DNA of 63,653 nt, counting the filler, from Actinomycetota bacterium (GTDB lineage Bacteria > Actinomycetota > Acidimicrobiia > IMCC26256 > VFJJ01): assembly GCA_009886115.1 (NCBI GenBank). It is 8 parts of 8 records of this genome, joined end to end, with 100 filler letters (N's around TTAATTAATTAA, not from the genome) between each part and the next. Parts side by side here need not be neighbours in the genome. Positions count along the whole stretch, not along the records: positions 61,063 to 63,653 come from VFJJ01000185.1; 7 more parts are not named here. The stretch is one strand, 5' to 3'. A model generated the notes under the pieces. The model saw only the letters and a list, made by a program, of their open reading frames with translations, was not told where the DNA came from and searched no databases. Shown in pieces: positions 61,741 through 63,653 of the stretch. The translations under genes and the position numbers were made by a program. How positions within the stretch are numbered: position 1 is the stretch's first letter; each line of letters starts with the position of its first letter.

Positions 61741-63129
61741 ATGAAGCTCGACGACATGGTGCTGGTCAGCGTCGACGATCACGTGGTCGAGCCGCCCGAC
61801 GTGTTCGTCGGCCGTCTCGCCGCCCGTCACGTCGAACGGGCGCCGCGGGTCGTTCGCAGCCCCGAGGGTCACGACCTCTGGGTGTTCGAGGGCACCGAGG
61901 TTCGCAACCCCGGCCTGAACGCCGTCGCCGGCAAGCCTCCGCACCGCTACGGCGTCGACCCCCTGAGCTACGACGACATGCGACCGGGCTGTTACGACAT
62001 CCACGCCCGGGTCCGTGACATGGACGCCAACGGGGTGCTGGGCTCCATGTGCTTCCCGTCCTTCCCGCGATTCTGCGGGCAGGTGTTCGCCCAGTGCCCC
62101 GACAAGAACCTTGCCCTCGCCGTCTTGCAGGCCTACAACGACTGGCACATCGAAGCCTGGTGCGGAACCTATCCCGGCCGCTTCATCCCCCTGGCGTTGC
62201 TGCCGATCTGGGATCCCGAGCTGATGGGCGCCGAGGTACGCCGCGTGGCTCGGATGGGCTGCCGTGCGGTGTCGTTCTCGGAGAACCCGGCCAAGCTCGG
62301 GTTGCCGTCCTGGCACAGCGACCACTGGGACCCGTTCCTCGCAGCGTGCGACGAGACCGGCACCCTCGTCTGCCTGCACATCGGCTCGTCGTCGGAGATG
62401 GTCGTCACCGCGTTCGACGCGCCGGTCACGGTCCAGATGTCGTTGCAGCCCATGAACATCGTCCACGCCGCCGGCGACCTGCTGTGGTCGAGGGTGCTCC
62501 AGCGGTTCCGCAACGTGCGCTTCGTGCTCTCCGAAGGCGGCATCGGCTGGGTGCCCTACTTCCTCGAACGCTCCGACTTCACCTACCGCCACCATCGGGC
62601 GTGGACCGGCGTCGACCTGGGTGACGACCTGCCGAGCGAGCTGTTCCGCCGTCGGTTCGTGCTGTGCTTCATCGACGACAGCGCCGGCCTGGCGCTGCGT
62701 GATCGGATCGGTGTCGATCTCATGACGTGGGAGTGCGATTACCCGCACTCCGACTCGACGTGGCCACGATCGCCCGAGGTGCTGTGGGAGACCCTGGCCG
62801 CCTTCGGTGCGACGGCCGGTGCGACGGCCGGTGCCATGACCGACGCCGAGATCGACGCCATCACCCACGGCAACGCCATGGCGCACTTCGGCTACGGCCC
62901 GTTCTCCATCCTCGGGGGACGGGCCGCCTGCACCGTGGGCGCCCTGCGGGCTCGAGCCGCCGACTGGGACGTCGCCGAGCACGACGACGGTCGCCCGTTC
63001 ACCCCTCCCACCCGCCCGCTCACCCAGCAGACCAAGCTCGCGATGCTCGGGCTGGCGTCGGGCCCGGCGGAACTCGTGACACCCGGGGTGGCGCCGGCGT
63101 CGTCGGTGGCGCGAACGTCTGGCCCATGA
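61741..63129 (+). CDS. Amidohydrolase family 2 protein
   Basis: SVDDHVVEP, AYNDW, LHIG, SEGGIGW, WECDYPHSD. Confidence 0.92.
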   Translation: MKLDDMVLVSVDDHVVEPPDVFVGRLAARHVERAPRVVRSPEGHDLWVFEGTEVRNPGLNAVAGKPPHRYGVDPLSYDDMRPGCYDIHARVRDMDANGVLGSMCFPSFPRFCGQVFAQCPDKNLALAVLQAYNDWHIEAWCGTYPGRFIPLALLPIWDPELMGAEVRRVARMGCRAVSFSENPAKLGLPSWHSDHWDPFLAACDETGTLVCLHIGSSSEMVVTAFDAPVTVQMSLQPMNIVHAAGDLLWSRVLQRFRNVRFVLSEGGIGWVPYFLERSDFTYRHHRAWTGVDLGDDLPSELFRRRFVLCFIDDSAGLALRDRIGVDLMTWECDYPHSDSTWPRSPEVLWETLAAFGATAGATAGAMTDAEIDAITHGNAMAHFGYGPFSILGGRAACTVGALRARAADWDVAEHDDGRPFTPPTRPLTQQTKLAMLGLASGPAELVTPGVAPASSVARTSGP

Positions 63130-63653
63130 GCTCTCCCGCAGGTGACTACTCCGCGTCGTACGCCGGCCCGGTCAAGCGCTTCATCTTCCTGAAGCGCAAG
63201 GCCGGCTTGACCTCCGCCGAATTCCACGACCATTGGCGCGAGCGGTTCGCGTCGCAGCTCGCCGAGCGTCCGGAGCTCCGCCGCCACCTGACACGTGTCG
63301 AGTTGCACCACCGCCTCGACGGCGACGACACCCGTGAGCGCAGCGAGGTGGAGGTGGCCGACGCCGGCTACAGCGGCGTCGCCGTGCTCTGGGCCGCGTC
63401 GCTGGCCGAGCTCAGCGCCCTGACCGCCGAGCCGGCTTTCCAGGAGTTGCACGCCGTCGAAGCGCCGCGTTTTCTGGCGCCCCAGATGGCGCAGGTGACC
63501 ACCCGGACGCCCGACGTGATCGTGGGTCCTCCGGGCGGTGCCCCCGAGGCCGGCATGTCGATGCTGTGCATCCTGCGCCGCAAGGCCGGGATGAGCCTGG
63601 AGGAGTACCACGATCACTGGCTCAACCGCCACGGTCCCCTGTTCCAGGACATC
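63126..63653 (+). CDS. Tandem EthD-domain protein, runs off the window
   Basis: LKRKAGLTSAEFHDHW and LRRKAGMSLEEYHDHWLNRHG; ATGA overlap; absent from the ORF track because it has no stop in the window. Confidence 0.85.
   Translation, partial: MSSPAGDYSASYAGPVKRFIFLKRKAGLTSAEFHDHWRERFASQLAERPELRRHLTRVELHHRLDGDDTRERSEVEVADAGYSGVAVLWAASLAELSALTAEPAFQELHAVEAPRFLAPQMAQVTTRTPDVIVGPPGGAPEAGMSMLCILRRKAGMSLEEYHDHWLNRHGPLFQDI

Overview
The window is not one continuous locus. It is 8 contigs of a high-GC actinobacterial assembly (gene content and GYWLVAxDGGVFxFGD repeats suggest Acidimicrobiia) joined by 100-nt N spacers carrying a TTAATTAATTAA linker, so no synteny can be inferred across gaps. Contig 1 (1-5348): eno-divIC/ftsB-DUF501-ppx core cluster, soluble Ser/Thr kinase, antiporter fragment. 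Contig 2 (5449-22520): hemerythrin-like gene, broken GAF gene, cupredoxin lipoprotein, TetR/P450/carbonic anhydrase/SDR unit, double CaiB CoA-transferase, and an ABC transporter/hydrolase/TetR/CYP143-like P450/ferredoxin unit. Contig 3 (22621-30283): hydantoinase A/B, CaiC-like ligase, Rieske oxygenase, and a BMP ABC transporter with a KstR-type operator. Contig 4: double GT2, accA/bccA, birA. Contig 5: decayed island (tRNA-Met remnant, PadR unit, two-component system plus MMPL, pilin-like gene, IS256 and ISL3 remnants). Contig 6: methyltransferase, binding protein, hydrolase, DegT, LMW-PTP and three tandem atypical LuxR regulators. Contig 7: repeat-fused L,D-transpeptidase, thioesterase, Liv ATPases. 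Contig 8: deleted SDR, amidohydrolase, EthD. The best candidates for something undescribed are (i) a family of 47-nt palindromes (NNNTTTG...CAAANNN) on three contigs, each just downstream of a gene ending CTGACCC and flanked by microsatellites, and (ii) the kinase-less triple pseudo-receiver LuxR cassette with shared I/V-D-L-R tail motifs. No CRISPR array, rRNA or intact tRNA was seen. Family calls come from motif recognition, not database searches.
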